Sequence record: PZ019085.1
Length of the DNA: 64,000 nt
Reading direction: 5' to 3' (one strand)
Source: a phage
Part shown: positions 40,924 through 51,435 of the stretch, piece after piece
How positions within the stretch are numbered: the first letter of the stretch is position 1
How the letters are laid out: every line of letters begins with the position of its first letter
Notes under the pieces: model-generated
What the model was told of the DNA's origin: nothing
What the model saw: only the letters and a program-made list of their open reading frames with translations
Databases searched by the model: none
Translations under genes and position numbers: made by a program

Positions 40924-42696
40924 TTAATTAACACCGGTGGCATGGAAAATTCCAGGAGCCGTTGTACTTGTTACAGGGGTCATATTCTGGACTACGGTAT
41001 TCTTTTTGACGACATTATTTGTGTTACTAATCGCCGCTACCGGTTGCTGTTGTTTAGATTCAGACGCACGTCCTTTCTCTATTGACTGAACTTGTTTTGC
41101 TTCTGGAGATTTAGTCGAAGATTCAGGCTTAACTGTCGTCTGAGCCTTTTTGGCTTCAGCCATTTTATTATTTAGCTTTTCAAATCTAGCATCTAATTCC
41201 TTTTTAACAACAGGAGTTTTATTAAGTTCAGGGTCTTTAATAAGTTTACTTAAATCAGCATAAGACTTCTCGACGTTTTTAGCATTTTCTGGATTAGTCA
41301 TATCGATTTTATCGATATAATCCTCAAATCTAACCAGTGCCGCACGAGTTTCATTAGCTTTTATATACGCCTCTTTACGCTCCTCTTCAGGTAACTCTTT
41401 TAATTTTGCTGATTCAGCAGCACGCTCATCGCTTGTACTAAACTCTTCTTTATTGTCATTACCACGAACCCAGTTAGTAACAAATGTTTTGCCGCGTTGT
41501 AACATATCAAGACCTTTAGAAACGGTTCCTAATTCCCCATCGTCACGCTTCATTTGATATTTAGCGACTTTCTCTTGGTCTTCTTTCTTTAATTTGTTCC
41601 CGGTAGTTTCTTGGAATCCTTCCAAAGCACGTCCTTCTATTTCGTCCGCGGTATCACCAAAACCTATAGCACGCAATATAGACGCGGAGAGTTTAGCCAT
41701 TCCTAATTGAATTAGTTCACCTAAGTTCATTAATGCTGTTCCTACACCTTTGACAATAGCAACGGTTAAACCACCCCAGTCTCCGGCTTCCCACAATTGT
41801 TTTATCGAGTCAATAGAAGTGAATATATCACTTAAGAATTTACCCCACTCTTTAGCTTCATCGGAGAACTTAGTAAAGTTTTCATCAAATAAATCCCAGG
41901 CAGAAGTGAACTTGTCTGTCCAATATTTGAAATGGACTATCAATAAATCAATACCGATAACAATACCAAGAATAAGTGCGGCCATTTTTGCTGCTTCAAT
42001 AGCAGCCGTTATAGTGTATTTGAAAAGCATTCCAGCAATTCTGTCTGAAATTGATATTGATTTATTAAACCCGGTTTGAACTGTTTTGGTGAGCATTGCA
42101 ATTTTATCGCTCAATTTAAAGCTAATTCCACCTTTAGAATCGGAAGTAGAATTAGCACTTTCTTGAACCGGGGCTGGGAAGAAATCTTCGTCTGGTTTAT
42201 TATCAATCTTTTCAGGCGTAGGTAATGCTTTAAACAGCTCGTCAGAAGTTTCATTCTCAACCACTTTAACAGGTATTGCGTTCTCAATTACTTCAAGAGA
42301 GGTGCCTCCTGTATTTTGAATAGCGGTAGATGTTTGTAATTTTTGCTCTAATAATGTAGCTAATCGGTCTAACTTAGAGCTTATTGCACTAGAAACTTCA
42401 TTTATACTTTTAGTGACTTCAGTTTGTTTTTCAATAACTTCTGCGATAAGCTCTGTGCCTTCAGCAGTATTATCTGTCGAATTCCTTAAGTCTCCAATTG
42501 ATTCAATAATTCCATTGCCTTTATCTTCTACACTTTGTGACGTGAGTTCAGACGCGGCTTGGACATCGTCTAGTTTTGATGAAATGTCATTCAATGCTTC
42601 TAATGAATCAGTAGCTGCTGTTGCAGCTACTTTTTGTGGTTTATTATCGGCAATGACCTTATTTCTACGCATGGATTTCATTTCTTCAGGTTTCAT
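40924..42696 (-). CDS. 29: gp29 tail tape measure / baseplate hub protein
   Basis: 590 aa as in T4; synteny. Confidence 0.85.
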   Translation of the reverse strand: MKPEEMKSMRRNKVIADNKPQKVAATAATDSLEALNDISSKLDDVQAASELTSQSVEDKGNGIIESIGDLRNSTDNTAEGTELIAEVIEKQTEVTKSINEVSSAISSKLDRLATLLEQKLQTSTAIQNTGGTSLEVIENAIPVKVVENETSDELFKALPTPEKIDNKPDEDFFPAPVQESANSTSDSKGGISFKLSDKIAMLTKTVQTGFNKSISISDRIAGMLFKYTITAAIEAAKMAALILGIVIGIDLLIVHFKYWTDKFTSAWDLFDENFTKFSDEAKEWGKFLSDIFTSIDSIKQLWEAGDWGGLTVAIVKGVGTALMNLGELIQLGMAKLSASILRAIGFGDTADEIEGRALEGFQETTGNKLKKEDQEKVAKYQMKRDDGELGTVSKGLDMLQRGKTFVTNWVRGNDNKEEFSTSDERAAESAKLKELPEEERKEAYIKANETRAALVRFEDYIDKIDMTNPENAKNVEKSYADLSKLIKDPELNKTPVVKKELDARFEKLNNKMAEAKKAQTTVKPESSTKSPEAKQVQSIEKGRASESKQQQPVAAISNTNNVVKKNTVVQNMTPVTSTTAPGIFHATGVN

Positions 42697-43226
42697 TCAA
42701 GCAATCCAATAATTTCTGCTATACCCTTAATAGGGCCATTAGGGCCTGGAATAGCAATAGTTGTCGAAAGGTCTTCTGCCCATTTGATTACAAAAGCAGG
42801 CATCTCAAGGAAAGAAATTTCTTTCTCTTCGTCATTAACTTTTATTAAGCAATTTGATAGCATTTCACTGATTGTAGCGAATTGTTCAAATTTGCCTGGG
42901 GGTCTAAAATAAAAAGTATTGCCTTGGAATTGGAATTCTGTTCGTTGGCATACATAGACGTCATCTAGTTTATAAGTGAATCCGTCTTTTTCAACTTCAG
43001 ACTTAAGTTTGTTATTAAATTCCAATATGTGTAGACATGCAAAATCAAAATCTGCGGGACTCATATTTTTACAAATAGAATCAGCTAAGATTTTCATGTT
43101 TTCATCAGGACCTTTAACGTCCTTTAAAAGATTATAATGTTTGAGCCCTAATTTGGGAATCATTACCTTTTTATTAGACTGTGGTAGAATTATTTTCTTT
43201 AGAGGTAGAATCAGATTTAAGTTCAT
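42693..43226 (-). CDS. 28: gp28 baseplate hub distal subunit
   Basis: 177 aa as in T4; synteny. Confidence 0.8.
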   Translation of the reverse strand: MNLNLILPLKKIILPQSNKKVMIPKLGLKHYNLLKDVKGPDENMKILADSICKNMSPADFDFACLHILEFNNKLKSEVEKDGFTYKLDDVYVCQRTEFQFQGNTFYFRPPGKFEQFATISEMLSNCLIKVNDEEKEISFLEMPAFVIKWAEDLSTTIAIPGPNGPIKGIAEIIGLLE

Positions 43227-44346
43227 TTTTAACCTTAACTGGGTTAACAGGTTCTAACACCATTGAGTTGGTAAACATGTACAGATGAGTTTGTGAGTTG
43301 TTATTTGATAACTCATGAATAACTTCATCGACGTAAAATTCGGATTTGAATTGGTTCTTTTGGTCAACAAATATAATTTTGGTAGCAGGCGTTATGTTAA
43401 AATTACCTGTAGTAGTGCATTTAGCATATCCATCGTATTGAGCCATTGTCTGAAGACGACTTGCTTCTTCAAATCCATTACGATAGGTCATTTCGGAATA
43501 TCCACCAGATCTTGACACAAGAATAGCATTATCACCATCACCTGTAACAATAACCGGAATAGATGTATCTAAAAATGAATGAGCGAATATCGTGGCGTTT
43601 TTAATAGGGTCTCTTGTAAATTGGTTAGCTTTAGTCATCCAGGTGAAATCCCATACTAATGGATACTCAAGCTCTTGAATATACTGACCTACAGTATTTG
43701 GCTCACCTACAATCATCTTAATGCCTTCCTGACCAATAAGAGTATCATAGTCAATCATGTTTACGCCTAAAATATCTTGCCATACGAATACGAACTTATC
43801 ACTCGCTGTAGCAAGTCCTAATTCTCTGACATATGCCAAATAATCATCAAATGTGCTTGTCCAAGGGATATCAGGAACATAAGCATTAATAGTGTTTATT
43901 GGCGGAGTAATTAACGTACGGTCTTTATATATGACACCTAACATTTCACGTATAGATTCTCCTGCGTCTGAAAAGAATGGTCGCCCAAATTTAAGGTTCT
44001 CTATAGAATGTATTGTTCCAAGCTCAATTGCAATAATATTGTCACCTTTTGAGTCCACAGACACAGAATAATGTCTACATCCGTAAATTCGAGTTCTAAC
44101 TTGGAGAGGCGTGTTTGAATTTGAAACAGAGATTTGGACTATCTGTCTACCGTCCATTTTAGTGTGGAGGTTTTTAGTGTCATAAAATTGAAGAATCCCT
44201 TCATTTCTTCCATATAGCGAATCTCGCATGGTTAAAGTTGTTATTGTTGCTGCGAGTTCAACGTATCTATTTTCTTGCCAAGCCGAATAATCTTGGTATA
44301 ATTTAACGCTTAAGTTAGGATATCCTGGACGTTGGAATACTGTCAT
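43174..44346 (-). CDS. 27: gp27 baseplate hub subunit
   Basis: 390 aa (T4 391); synteny. Confidence 0.85.
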   Translation of the reverse strand: MTVFQRPGYPNLSVKLYQDYSAWQENRYVELAATITTLTMRDSLYGRNEGILQFYDTKNLHTKMDGRQIVQISVSNSNTPLQVRTRIYGCRHYSVSVDSKGDNIIAIELGTIHSIENLKFGRPFFSDAGESIREMLGVIYKDRTLITPPINTINAYVPDIPWTSTFDDYLAYVRELGLATASDKFVFVWQDILGVNMIDYDTLIGQEGIKMIVGEPNTVGQYIQELEYPLVWDFTWMTKANQFTRDPIKNATIFAHSFLDTSIPVIVTGDGDNAILVSRSGGYSEMTYRNGFEEASRLQTMAQYDGYAKCTTTGNFNITPATKIIFVDQKNQFKSEFYVDEVIHELSNNNSQTHLYMFTNSMVLEPVNPVKVKNELKSDSTSKENNSTTV

Positions 44347-45095
44347 TTTTTATGGTCCTTTTCTACTAATGTTAAAGCAATACCACGTTCAACAGGAATC
44401 ATTTGCATAATAGAATCCAATGTGTATTGACTCTTTACTAGTGAATGGTTTATCTGATAGAATGTAAAAATCTCATCAGGGTTAACTAACAATTTAAAAA
44501 CCTCTAAGATATCAGTATATGTTTTAACATGACGTTCACAACAACCTAATCTAAGGGTCAAATTAATAGGATTCATAGAAGCAATAACCTTCTCGAGCGA
44601 GTCAATGTCTATTGCTTCTATTACTTGGATTTGGTTCTCTTCAGTCAAATCGTTCCATGGGTACCATTCATCATTATAATATATTTCTTTTATGTTTTCA
44701 CTTATCATTAATGCTTTATTATCATAAAACTTTTCAGGGAAAGAAAAACGTATTTTTATACCAGCAACATCAAGTTCAGGTTCGACTAGTTCTTTTTGAT
44801 ATATCTCAAATGGTGCAGTTTTTTCTTTAGAGCATTTAGGGCAAGTGAAAATAACGGGAACTTTTGTTTTGCCTATAGAGCCTGCAAAAACTTGCAGGAA
44901 TATAAATGGTTGCCATGTTTTAGGGTACTCGCCAAAATAATCATCAATCAGATCGGCAATTATTTCTTTTTGTTCTCGCGGCGAACGATGTTCGATATCA
45001 TTTCTAACTAGTAAAAAGTCTCTATAATCCGCCACAGTGAACGGCTTAAAACGATGAACACCATCCGGTAATTTACAACGAATTATATTAGCCAT
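44343..45095 (-). CDS. 51: gp51 baseplate hub assembly catalyst
   Basis: 250 aa (T4 249); divergent from gene 26. Confidence 0.8.
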   Translation of the reverse strand: MANIIRCKLPDGVHRFKPFTVADYRDFLLVRNDIEHRSPREQKEIIADLIDDYFGEYPKTWQPFIFLQVFAGSIGKTKVPVIFTCPKCSKEKTAPFEIYQKELVEPELDVAGIKIRFSFPEKFYDNKALMISENIKEIYYNDEWYPWNDLTEENQIQVIEAIDIDSLEKVIASMNPINLTLRLGCCERHVKTYTDILEVFKLLVNPDEIFTFYQINHSLVKSQYTLDSIMQMIPVERGIALTLVEKDHKK

Positions 45096-45112
45096 AATTA
45101 CTCCTTTTCTAT

Positions 45113-45124
45113 TATTTATAAATA
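45113..45124. promoter_or_regulatory. overlapping divergent late promoters for gene 51 (minus) and gene 26 (plus)
   Basis: TATTTATAAATA contains TATAAATA on both strands, 18-19 nt from each start codon. Confidence 0.5.
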
Positions 45125-45142
45125 CACAATAAAGGAGTTAAC

Positions 45143-45769
45143 ATGTACAAATATACGTTTACCGTACGTTTAGGCGATAAAGAAGTGAATTGTAGAGCCT
45201 TTACTTTAAAAGAATATTTAGGACTCATAGGTGCGCGGGCTACAGGTACTATTGAATCAGCAGTGAACAATATTATCACTAATTGCTCTAACGCTAAAAA
45301 CTTGACTAAACAAGAAGCCGAGTTATTGTTGGTAAATCTGTGGGCCCATTCATTAGGTGAAGTGAATCAAGAACACACCTGGAATTGTTCCTGTGGGCAT
45401 TCATTTCAAGTCTATATGAATTTATTGCACACTCAATTAGATGAACAGGCCGATCCCTGGTATTCGTTCAGTGGTATTAAAATTAAGTTCCGTCAACCTA
45501 AATTATTTGACGATAAAAATATCGCATTAATGATTGCTTCATGTATTGAGGCTGTTTTTGTCAATGGAGAGTCCATCCCTGTTGAAGATTTAACTGAAGC
45601 AGAAATAAACGACCTTTACGGCCTTATAACAGAAGATGACATGATCAATATTAAAAATCTTTTAGTATCGCCATCAATTTATCTGGCAACCCCTATTAAA
45701 TGTCCCAAATGTGGGGCGTCACACGTTCACACAATACGAGGCCTCAAAGAATTCTTTGAGTTACTATAA
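45143..45769 (+). CDS. 26: gp26 baseplate hub subunit
   Basis: 208 aa as in T4; synteny. Confidence 0.8.
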   Translation: MYKYTFTVRLGDKEVNCRAFTLKEYLGLIGARATGTIESAVNNIITNCSNAKNLTKQEAELLLVNLWAHSLGEVNQEHTWNCSCGHSFQVYMNLLHTQLDEQADPWYSFSGIKIKFRQPKLFDDKNIALMIASCIEAVFVNGESIPVEDLTEAEINDLYGLITEDDMINIKNLLVSPSIYLATPIKCPKCGASHVHTIRGLKEFFELL

Positions 45770-46167
45770 TGTCTAATATCAATAAACTTTATTCAGATAT
45801 CGACCCAGAAATGCGTATGGATTGGAACAAGGACGTTGCTCGTTCTGTAGGACTTCGTTCTATTAAAAATAGTCTTCTTGGCATAGTGACAACTAGAAAA
45901 GGCTCACGCCCCTTCGACCCGGAATTTGGATGCGATTTGGTCGACGAACTTTTCGAGAACATGACACCACTTACAGCCGATACGATAGAGCGTAATATCC
46001 AGGCAGCTGTTCGTAACTATGAGCCGCGCATCGACAAACTTTCTGTGAGTGTAACGCCAGTATATGACGACTATACGGTTATAGTAGAGATTAGATTTTC
46101 GGTCGTAGACAACCCTGACGATATTGAACAAATTAAACTTCAGTTGGCGTCAAGCAATAGAGTGTAA
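45769..46167 (+). CDS. 25: gp25 baseplate wedge subunit (lysozyme-like fold)
   Basis: 132 aa; near-identical to T4 gp25 (KGSRPFDPEFGCDL..., IEQIKLQLASSNRV). Confidence 0.9.
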   Translation: MSNINKLYSDIDPEMRMDWNKDVARSVGLRSIKNSLLGIVTTRKGSRPFDPEFGCDLVDELFENMTPLTADTIERNIQAAVRNYEPRIDKLSVSVTPVYDDYTVIVEIRFSVVDNPDDIEQIKLQLASSNRV

Positions 46168-46245
46168 TGCTTCAAGGCAACCTATGTATAATGGTTTTAG
46201 GTCCTTCCGATACAGCCGGGAGATTATTAGTTAAGAGAGAACATT

Positions 46246-46659
46246 ATGAAGCTGGAAGATTTACAGGAAGAGTTAGACGCAGACTTAGCTATTGATATGA
46301 CAAAGTTGCAATATGAGACGGCGAATAATGTTAAGTTATACAGCAAATGGCTACGTAAGCACTCATTTATTCGTAAAGAAATGTTGCGTATAGAGACTCA
46401 GAAGAAAACTGCTCTAAAAGCAAGATTAGACTACTACTCGGGACGAGGTGACGGTGATGAATTCAGTATGGACCGATATGAGAAATCTGAAATGAAAACT
46501 GTCCTGGCTGCAGATAAAGATGTGCTTAAAATAGAGACTACTTTACAATACTGGGGAATTTTACTTGAGTTCTGTAGTGGTGCACTTGATGCAGTCAAGT
46601 CTCGTAGTTTTGCACTTAAACATATTCAAGATATGCGAGAATTTGAAGCGGGGCAATAA
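46246..46659 (+). CDS. uvsY: UvsY recombination mediator
   Basis: 137 aa; ARLDYYSGRGDGDEFSMDRYEKSEMKTVL block matches T4 UvsY. Confidence 0.9.
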   Translation: MKLEDLQEELDADLAIDMTKLQYETANNVKLYSKWLRKHSFIRKEMLRIETQKKTALKARLDYYSGRGDGDEFSMDRYEKSEMKTVLAADKDVLKIETTLQYWGILLEFCSGALDAVKSRSFALKHIQDMREFEAGQ

Positions 46660-46883
46660 TGCGTTATTCAATTGAAGATGCCTTTAATAATGACGAAGAA
46701 TTTGAAACCGAAATTAAATTCTTAATGGAAAAGTATCGTCTACGTCGCCAGGATATTCGTATTCTGGCAGACCACCCTTGTGGTGAAGACGTCCTTTACA
46801 TTAAAGGGAAGTTTGCCGGGTACATCGACGAGTATTTTTATACAAAAGATATGGGTATCGATATGTGCATGCGAGTGGTATAA
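46659..46883 (+). CDS. hypothetical protein (74 aa)
   Basis: ORF in track, ATGA-coupled to uvsY. Confidence 0.45.
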   Translation: MRYSIEDAFNNDEEFETEIKFLMEKYRLRRQDIRILADHPCGEDVLYIKGKFAGYIDEYFYTKDMGIDMCMRVV

Positions 46884-46915
46884 ATAGATATGTAATTTCA
46901 ACTTAGGAGGCAATC

Positions 46916-47083
46916 ATGTCAGATAAGATTTGTGTTGTCTGTAAAACTCCAATCGATTCTGCATTGGTTGTTGAAACAGACAAAGGTCCAGCACATCCTG
47001 GGCCTTGTTATAATTATGTCCAACAAATGCCGGTTTCAGAAAGTTCAGAAGAGCAATTGAACGAAACCCAACTTTTACTATAG
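46916..47083 (+). CDS. small Cys-containing protein (55 aa)
   Basis: ATG at 46916 after AGGAGG; C-x2-C ... H ... C pattern; below the track length cut-off. Confidence 0.45.
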   Translation: MSDKICVVCKTPIDSALVVETDKGPAHPGPCYNYVQQMPVSESSEEQLNETQLLL

Positions 47084-47107
47084 TGTTACCTTTTTTGCCT
47101 ATGGTTT

Positions 47108-47137
47108 TGGCCCTTCCAAAAAGGTCGGGCCTTTTTT
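47108..47137. terminator. putative terminator between convergent genes
   Basis: GC-rich imperfect stem (GGCCC...GGGCC) followed by TTTTTT on the plus strand. Confidence 0.35.
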
Positions 47138-47139
47138 AA

Positions 47140-47373
47140 TTAGAAGTCTTCTTCCTCATCCTCATCATCGTCGCCTTCAAGTTCGGCACGCTTACCTGCT
47201 AAGGCATCCCTGACAGAAATATCATCTGTATCTTTTAATTCCGTTTCTTTTATACGTTTCTTATAATAAGCTTCCAATTCTTCAAGCCCTTCTAAGGTAT
47301 GACAACTAGCAATTTTACCCATGAATTCGTCAATAGATGCTTCGTATAAAAATTGTTTAAATTCAAGTACCAT
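47140..47373 (-). CDS. UvsW.1 small acidic protein
   Basis: 77 aa with acidic C-terminus, immediately downstream of uvsW as in T4. Confidence 0.6.
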   Translation of the reverse strand: MVLEFKQFLYEASIDEFMGKIASCHTLEGLEELEAYYKKRIKETELKDTDDISVRDALAGKRAELEGDDDEDEEEDF

Positions 47374-47386
47374 TTTTATCTCCTAA

Positions 47387-47398
47387 GGGCCGAAGCCC
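47387..47398 (-). terminator. UUCG hairpin between uvsW and uvsW.1
   Basis: GGGC-UUCG-GCCC on the minus strand. Confidence 0.4.
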
Positions 47399-48913
47399 TT
47401 ATAAATTAATTGTTTTCATTACATAGTTAAATTTCTCATCAGCGTAACGTTGGATACGATCAATACCGTGTTTTAACAAGTAATTAAGATGAGTATACTT
47501 CTTTTTAGTATTTAATGATTTAGGTTTTACACCTGCGTCATCGATGAGATCCCAAACTGTAGCAACAGCTTTAGAACCATGCTTACGAAGCACGCGACCT
47601 ACGGTTTGAAGTACGATAATTTTTGATTTAACACCATGGGCGAAAATAACATGATGAAGATTCTTGACTGAAATACCAGTAGAGAATACTCCATATGATG
47701 CGACAATAATAATGCCTTTACCATTTTCTGCCATGACTTTAAGCGCGTTACGTGTTTCAGTATCAACTTCACCTGATACGTAATAAACTTTTTCGTATCC
47801 AAGCTCTTTAATAGCTTCAAATATTTCTTTACCGTGTGTAACGTGTTTAAACATTACAAAGGCGTTCTCGTCTTTCTTAGCCAATTTGACTGAAAGTTGA
47901 GCAATCCACTTTGTACGTCGTTTTAGTCCGGTAATAATTTTAACTTCTTCTTGGTATGTTTTACCTTTTAATTTAACGGCGAATTCGTCAGGATAACGAA
48001 GGAAAATACTATTAATCTTAAGCTCAGTTACCTGTCCGTCTTCCATTAATTTAGACGTGCTAACAGGACGGAAGATTTCACCGAACATACCTACGTACTG
48101 CATTACATTGGCTTTTCCGTCTCTTAATGAGCCAGATAAACCGAATTTAAACATGCAATTATTTAATCCAGATATGATTGAAGAAATACTTTTGCCTGTT
48201 GCTAAGTGGCATTCATCGTTCATCATCATACCGAACTGAGAGAACCATTCTTTAGGCTGCTTAACTACCGTTTGCCAGGTGCCAACAATAATTGGAGCGT
48301 CGTTTTTAGCTCTGTCTGCTTTATCAGCACCACCGCCAATTTTCTTAATCATCGAATGACTAAACAAGCGATAATCAACAAAATCATTGGCCATCTGAGT
48401 TGTCAATGCTGTTGTAGGTACGATAATGAGAATTTTACCTTCATAGTTCTCTAGATAATATCGAGCTAAAAGCGCTTGGATTAGTGATTTACCTGCTGAT
48501 GTCGGAAGGTTTAAAATTCGACGACGATTAACTAGACCTTCATATACTGCATCTTTTTGATACCAATGTGGTTCGATTTTGGAGTTGCCTGAATAAATTT
48601 CTTGTTTAGAAAGCCATGCGTCAAAATCTTCCCTGGTAAGGTCTTCGGTCTCAAAGATTTTAGGGTCAATCCATACAGAATAACTCATATTGTTACAGAA
48701 CTTTTTTATTTGTCCTACAAGTCCATATGGTAACAAACGGTTGTAATCTAAAAGTCGAATTCTACCATCCCATTGCCCATAGCGATATTTTGGGTTAAAT
48801 TTGTACCCGTCGGCTTCAAAGCTAAAAAAGTCACGAAGTTCGTAAAACGTACTTTCGTCGCATTCAATGCGCACGTGACTAAAATCATAAAAATGTACTT
48901 TAATGTCAGTCAT
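47399..48913 (-). CDS. uvsW: UvsW DNA helicase (SF2)
   Basis: 504 aa; helicase motifs incl. Walker A-like PTSAGKS and DECH box. Confidence 0.9.
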   Translation of the reverse strand: MTDIKVHFYDFSHVRIECDESTFYELRDFFSFEADGYKFNPKYRYGQWDGRIRLLDYNRLLPYGLVGQIKKFCNNMSYSVWIDPKIFETEDLTREDFDAWLSKQEIYSGNSKIEPHWYQKDAVYEGLVNRRRILNLPTSAGKSLIQALLARYYLENYEGKILIIVPTTALTTQMANDFVDYRLFSHSMIKKIGGGADKADRAKNDAPIIVGTWQTVVKQPKEWFSQFGMMMNDECHLATGKSISSIISGLNNCMFKFGLSGSLRDGKANVMQYVGMFGEIFRPVSTSKLMEDGQVTELKINSIFLRYPDEFAVKLKGKTYQEEVKIITGLKRRTKWIAQLSVKLAKKDENAFVMFKHVTHGKEIFEAIKELGYEKVYYVSGEVDTETRNALKVMAENGKGIIIVASYGVFSTGISVKNLHHVIFAHGVKSKIIVLQTVGRVLRKHGSKAVATVWDLIDDAGVKPKSLNTKKKYTHLNYLLKHGIDRIQRYADEKFNYVMKTINL

Positions 48914-48942
48914 GTCAAATTACCATGTAATAAATATAGTTA

Positions 48943-48950
48943 TATTTATA
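48943..48950 (-). promoter_or_regulatory. late promoter for uvsW
   Basis: TATAAATA on minus strand 30 nt upstream of the uvsW start. Confidence 0.5.
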
Positions 48951-48963
48951 ATGAGGAAATATC

Positions 48964-49632
48964 ATGATCGATAAAGACTATATTGAAGAGTTACGTGCTC
49001 TTTCTGATAAAAAGGAAGCCAAAGCTAAACTGTTTGAATACGCGGCACAATTTGGCATTAGTGTTAAGAAAACAAAATCATTCGATAATATTGTTATTGA
49101 TATCGAAGAAGCTCTTAACGCACTGGCTGATGAACCATTACCTGAAACTGATGGATTATCTATCACTGATTTAATTACTGCCGCAGATGATGTGGACGGT
49201 GTTAATTTCACCAACGAAGAAGTTAAAGAAGAAGCTATTCTGTTGTTTGATTCTCCAACAGAACAGGTTGAAGTATTAGAAGTTGTCGAACAAGAAAAAG
49301 AATTCGACCATGATAAATTCGAAGAAGCAATTACTCAGGTTGTTGAATCTGAAAAAGAGCCTGAGACAGAGGTAAATAAAGAAGTAAAATTTGTTCTGCC
49401 TGAAAATTTTAGTCCTACACTCATTAAATTAGGCAAAGCCCCAGGATATGTTACTGTTCCTTGGTGGATTTATCAATGGATAGCCGAAACCCCGGATTGG
49501 AAATCTCGTCCAACTAGTTTTGTGCATGCTTCTGCTCACCAAACATTATTTAGCTTAATTTATTATATTAATCGCGATGGATCAGTTCTAATTCGTGAAA
49601 CTCGTAATTCTTCTTTCGTAACATTAAAATAA
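48964..49632 (+). CDS. inh: Inh-like prohead protease inhibitor
   Basis: 222 aa; position next to hoc as in T4; identity by synteny only. Confidence 0.5.
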   Translation: MIDKDYIEELRALSDKKEAKAKLFEYAAQFGISVKKTKSFDNIVIDIEEALNALADEPLPETDGLSITDLITAADDVDGVNFTNEEVKEEAILLFDSPTEQVEVLEVVEQEKEFDHDKFEEAITQVVESEKEPETEVNKEVKFVLPENFSPTLIKLGKAPGYVTVPWWIYQWIAETPDWKSRPTSFVHASAHQTLFSLIYYINRDGSVLIRETRNSSFVTLK

Positions 49633-49641
49633 GGATAACTT

Positions 49642-50772
49642 ATGGCTTTTACAGTTGATATAACTCCTAAAACACCTACTGGAGTTATAGATGAGACTAA
49701 GCAGTTTACTGCTACTCCCAGTGGTGAAACTGGAGGCGGAACTATTACATATGCTTGGGCTGTAGATGATGTTCCACAAGATGGAGCTGAAGCAACTTTT
49801 AGTTATGTACTAAAAGGACCTGCAGGTCAAAAGACTATTAAAGTAGTTGCAACAAATACAGTTCCAGAAGCTGAAGCTGAAACAGCAGAAATTACTACGA
49901 CTATCACGGTTAAAAATAAAACTCAGACAACTACCTTAGCTGTAACTCCTAATAGCCCTGCTGCTGGAGTAATTGGAACCCCAGTTCAATTTACTGCCGC
50001 CTTAGCTTCTCAACCATCAGGTGCATCTGCTACGTATCAGTGGTATGTAGATGGTTCTCCTGTGAGCGAAGCAACTAGTGCTACATTCAATTACACTCCT
50101 ACTACAAGCGGAGTTAAAAAAATCAAGTGTGTAGCGCAAGTAACAGCAACAGATTATGACGCAAAAACAGTTACTTCTAATGAAGTATCATTGACCGTTA
50201 ATAAGAAGACAATGAATCCACAGGTTACACTGACTCCTCCTTCTATTAACGTTCAGCAAGATGCTTCGGCTACATTTACTGCTAATGTTACTGGTGCACC
50301 TGACGCAGCACAAATTACTTACTCGTGGAAGAAAGATTCTTCTCCTGTAGAAGGGTCAACTAATGTATATACTGTTGATACCTCATCTATTGGAAGTCAA
50401 ACTATTGAAGTTACTGCAACTATTACTGCAACTGATTACGATAGCAAAACTATTACAGCAGAAGGTCAAGTCCAGGTAACTGATAAAGTTGCTCCAGAAC
50501 CAGAAGGTGAACTACCTTATGTTCATCCTCTTCCACATCGTACTTCAGCTTACATCTGGTGCGGATGGTGGGTTATGGATGAAATCCAAAAAATGACTGA
50601 AGAAGGTAAAGATTGGAAAACTGAAGATCCAGATAGTAAATACTACTTGCATCGTTACACTCTTCAGAAGATGATGAAAGACTATCCGGAAGTTGATGTT
50701 CAAGAATCACGTAATGGATACATCATCCATAAAACTGCTTTGGAAACTGGTATCATCTATACATATCCATAA
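49642..50772 (+). CDS. hoc: Hoc highly immunogenic outer capsid protein
   Basis: 376 aa as in T4; repeated Ig-like segments (TPTxGV...FTA). Confidence 0.9.
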   Translation: MAFTVDITPKTPTGVIDETKQFTATPSGETGGGTITYAWAVDDVPQDGAEATFSYVLKGPAGQKTIKVVATNTVPEAEAETAEITTTITVKNKTQTTTLAVTPNSPAAGVIGTPVQFTAALASQPSGASATYQWYVDGSPVSEATSATFNYTPTTSGVKKIKCVAQVTATDYDAKTVTSNEVSLTVNKKTMNPQVTLTPPSINVQQDASATFTANVTGAPDAAQITYSWKKDSSPVEGSTNVYTVDTSSIGSQTIEVTATITATDYDSKTITAEGQVQVTDKVAPEPEGELPYVHPLPHRTSAYIWCGWWVMDEIQKMTEEGKDWKTEDPDSKYYLHRYTLQKMMKDYPEVDVQESRNGYIIHKTALETGIIYTYP

Positions 50773-50778
50773 TCGTAA

Positions 50779-50805
50779 GGGGCTTCGGCCCCTTTCTTCG
50801 TTTTT
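50779..50805 (+). terminator. intrinsic terminator after hoc
   Basis: GGGGC-UUCG-GCCCC followed by a T-rich run. Confidence 0.65.
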
Positions 50806-50861
50806 AAAGCATACAAAACACAACTTGAGATTGATGTATATAATGGCACAAACCAAATAAT

Positions 50862-51068
50862 ATGGGATTGATTATGAGAGCTGAAGTTGAAGTTTATACA
50901 TTACACGAGGCGGGATTTTCATTCGTAGAAATTGCTCAAAAAATCGGTTTACAACCTAAAGAAGTTGGATTACTATGGACTAAAGCCGAGACAGCTCGGT
51001 CAAAGTTTAAAGCAAAAGAAAAAGTTGTATACCGTAAACGTTTGATTAACAAAAAGGTGAAGAAATGA
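50862..51068 (+). CDS. hypothetical protein (68 aa)
   Basis: ORF in track. Confidence 0.45.
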   Translation: MGLIMRAEVEVYTLHEAGFSFVEIAQKIGLQPKEVGLLWTKAETARSKFKAKEKVVYRKRLINKKVKK

Positions 51069-51316
51069 GTTTTGCACAGGAATTAAGAGAAAGGGCGCTG
51101 GCCACTAAAGCTAATTTGTTGAGTGATTTTATTACTAACTTCTCTGTGATGGCAGAGAAAGCCGCCGACAAAGGCCAGACACAATTTACATACTATCCGT
51201 CAAAGAATGATTTAACTATCACCGAGCAAATTGGGCAGTGGTTCCGTGATAACGGCTTTCAGTACAAAATTAATCACGACCAGCGTGATGGGCATTGGAT
51301 AGAAATCAAGTTCTAG
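51065..51316 (+). CDS. hypothetical protein (83 aa)
   Basis: ORF in track, ATGA-coupled to upstream ORF. Confidence 0.45.
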   Translation: MSFAQELRERALATKANLLSDFITNFSVMAEKAADKGQTQFTYYPSKNDLTITEQIGQWFRDNGFQYKINHDQRDGHWIEIKF

Positions 51317-51320
51317 TATG

Positions 51321-51344
51321 CTTTACATTTTTTGATGGTATAAT
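51321..51344 (+). promoter_or_regulatory. putative extended -10 promoter upstream of rnlB
   Basis: TGGTATAAT at 51336-51344 with CTTTAC upstream at short spacing. Confidence 0.35.
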
Positions 51345-51435
51345 GAATCTAGGTTCTATCCATTCAAATTAAACATTGGGCCAGAGATAGAGTCTCTGCT
51401 AATTATTTTGATATTATTATTTATAATGGTGATTT

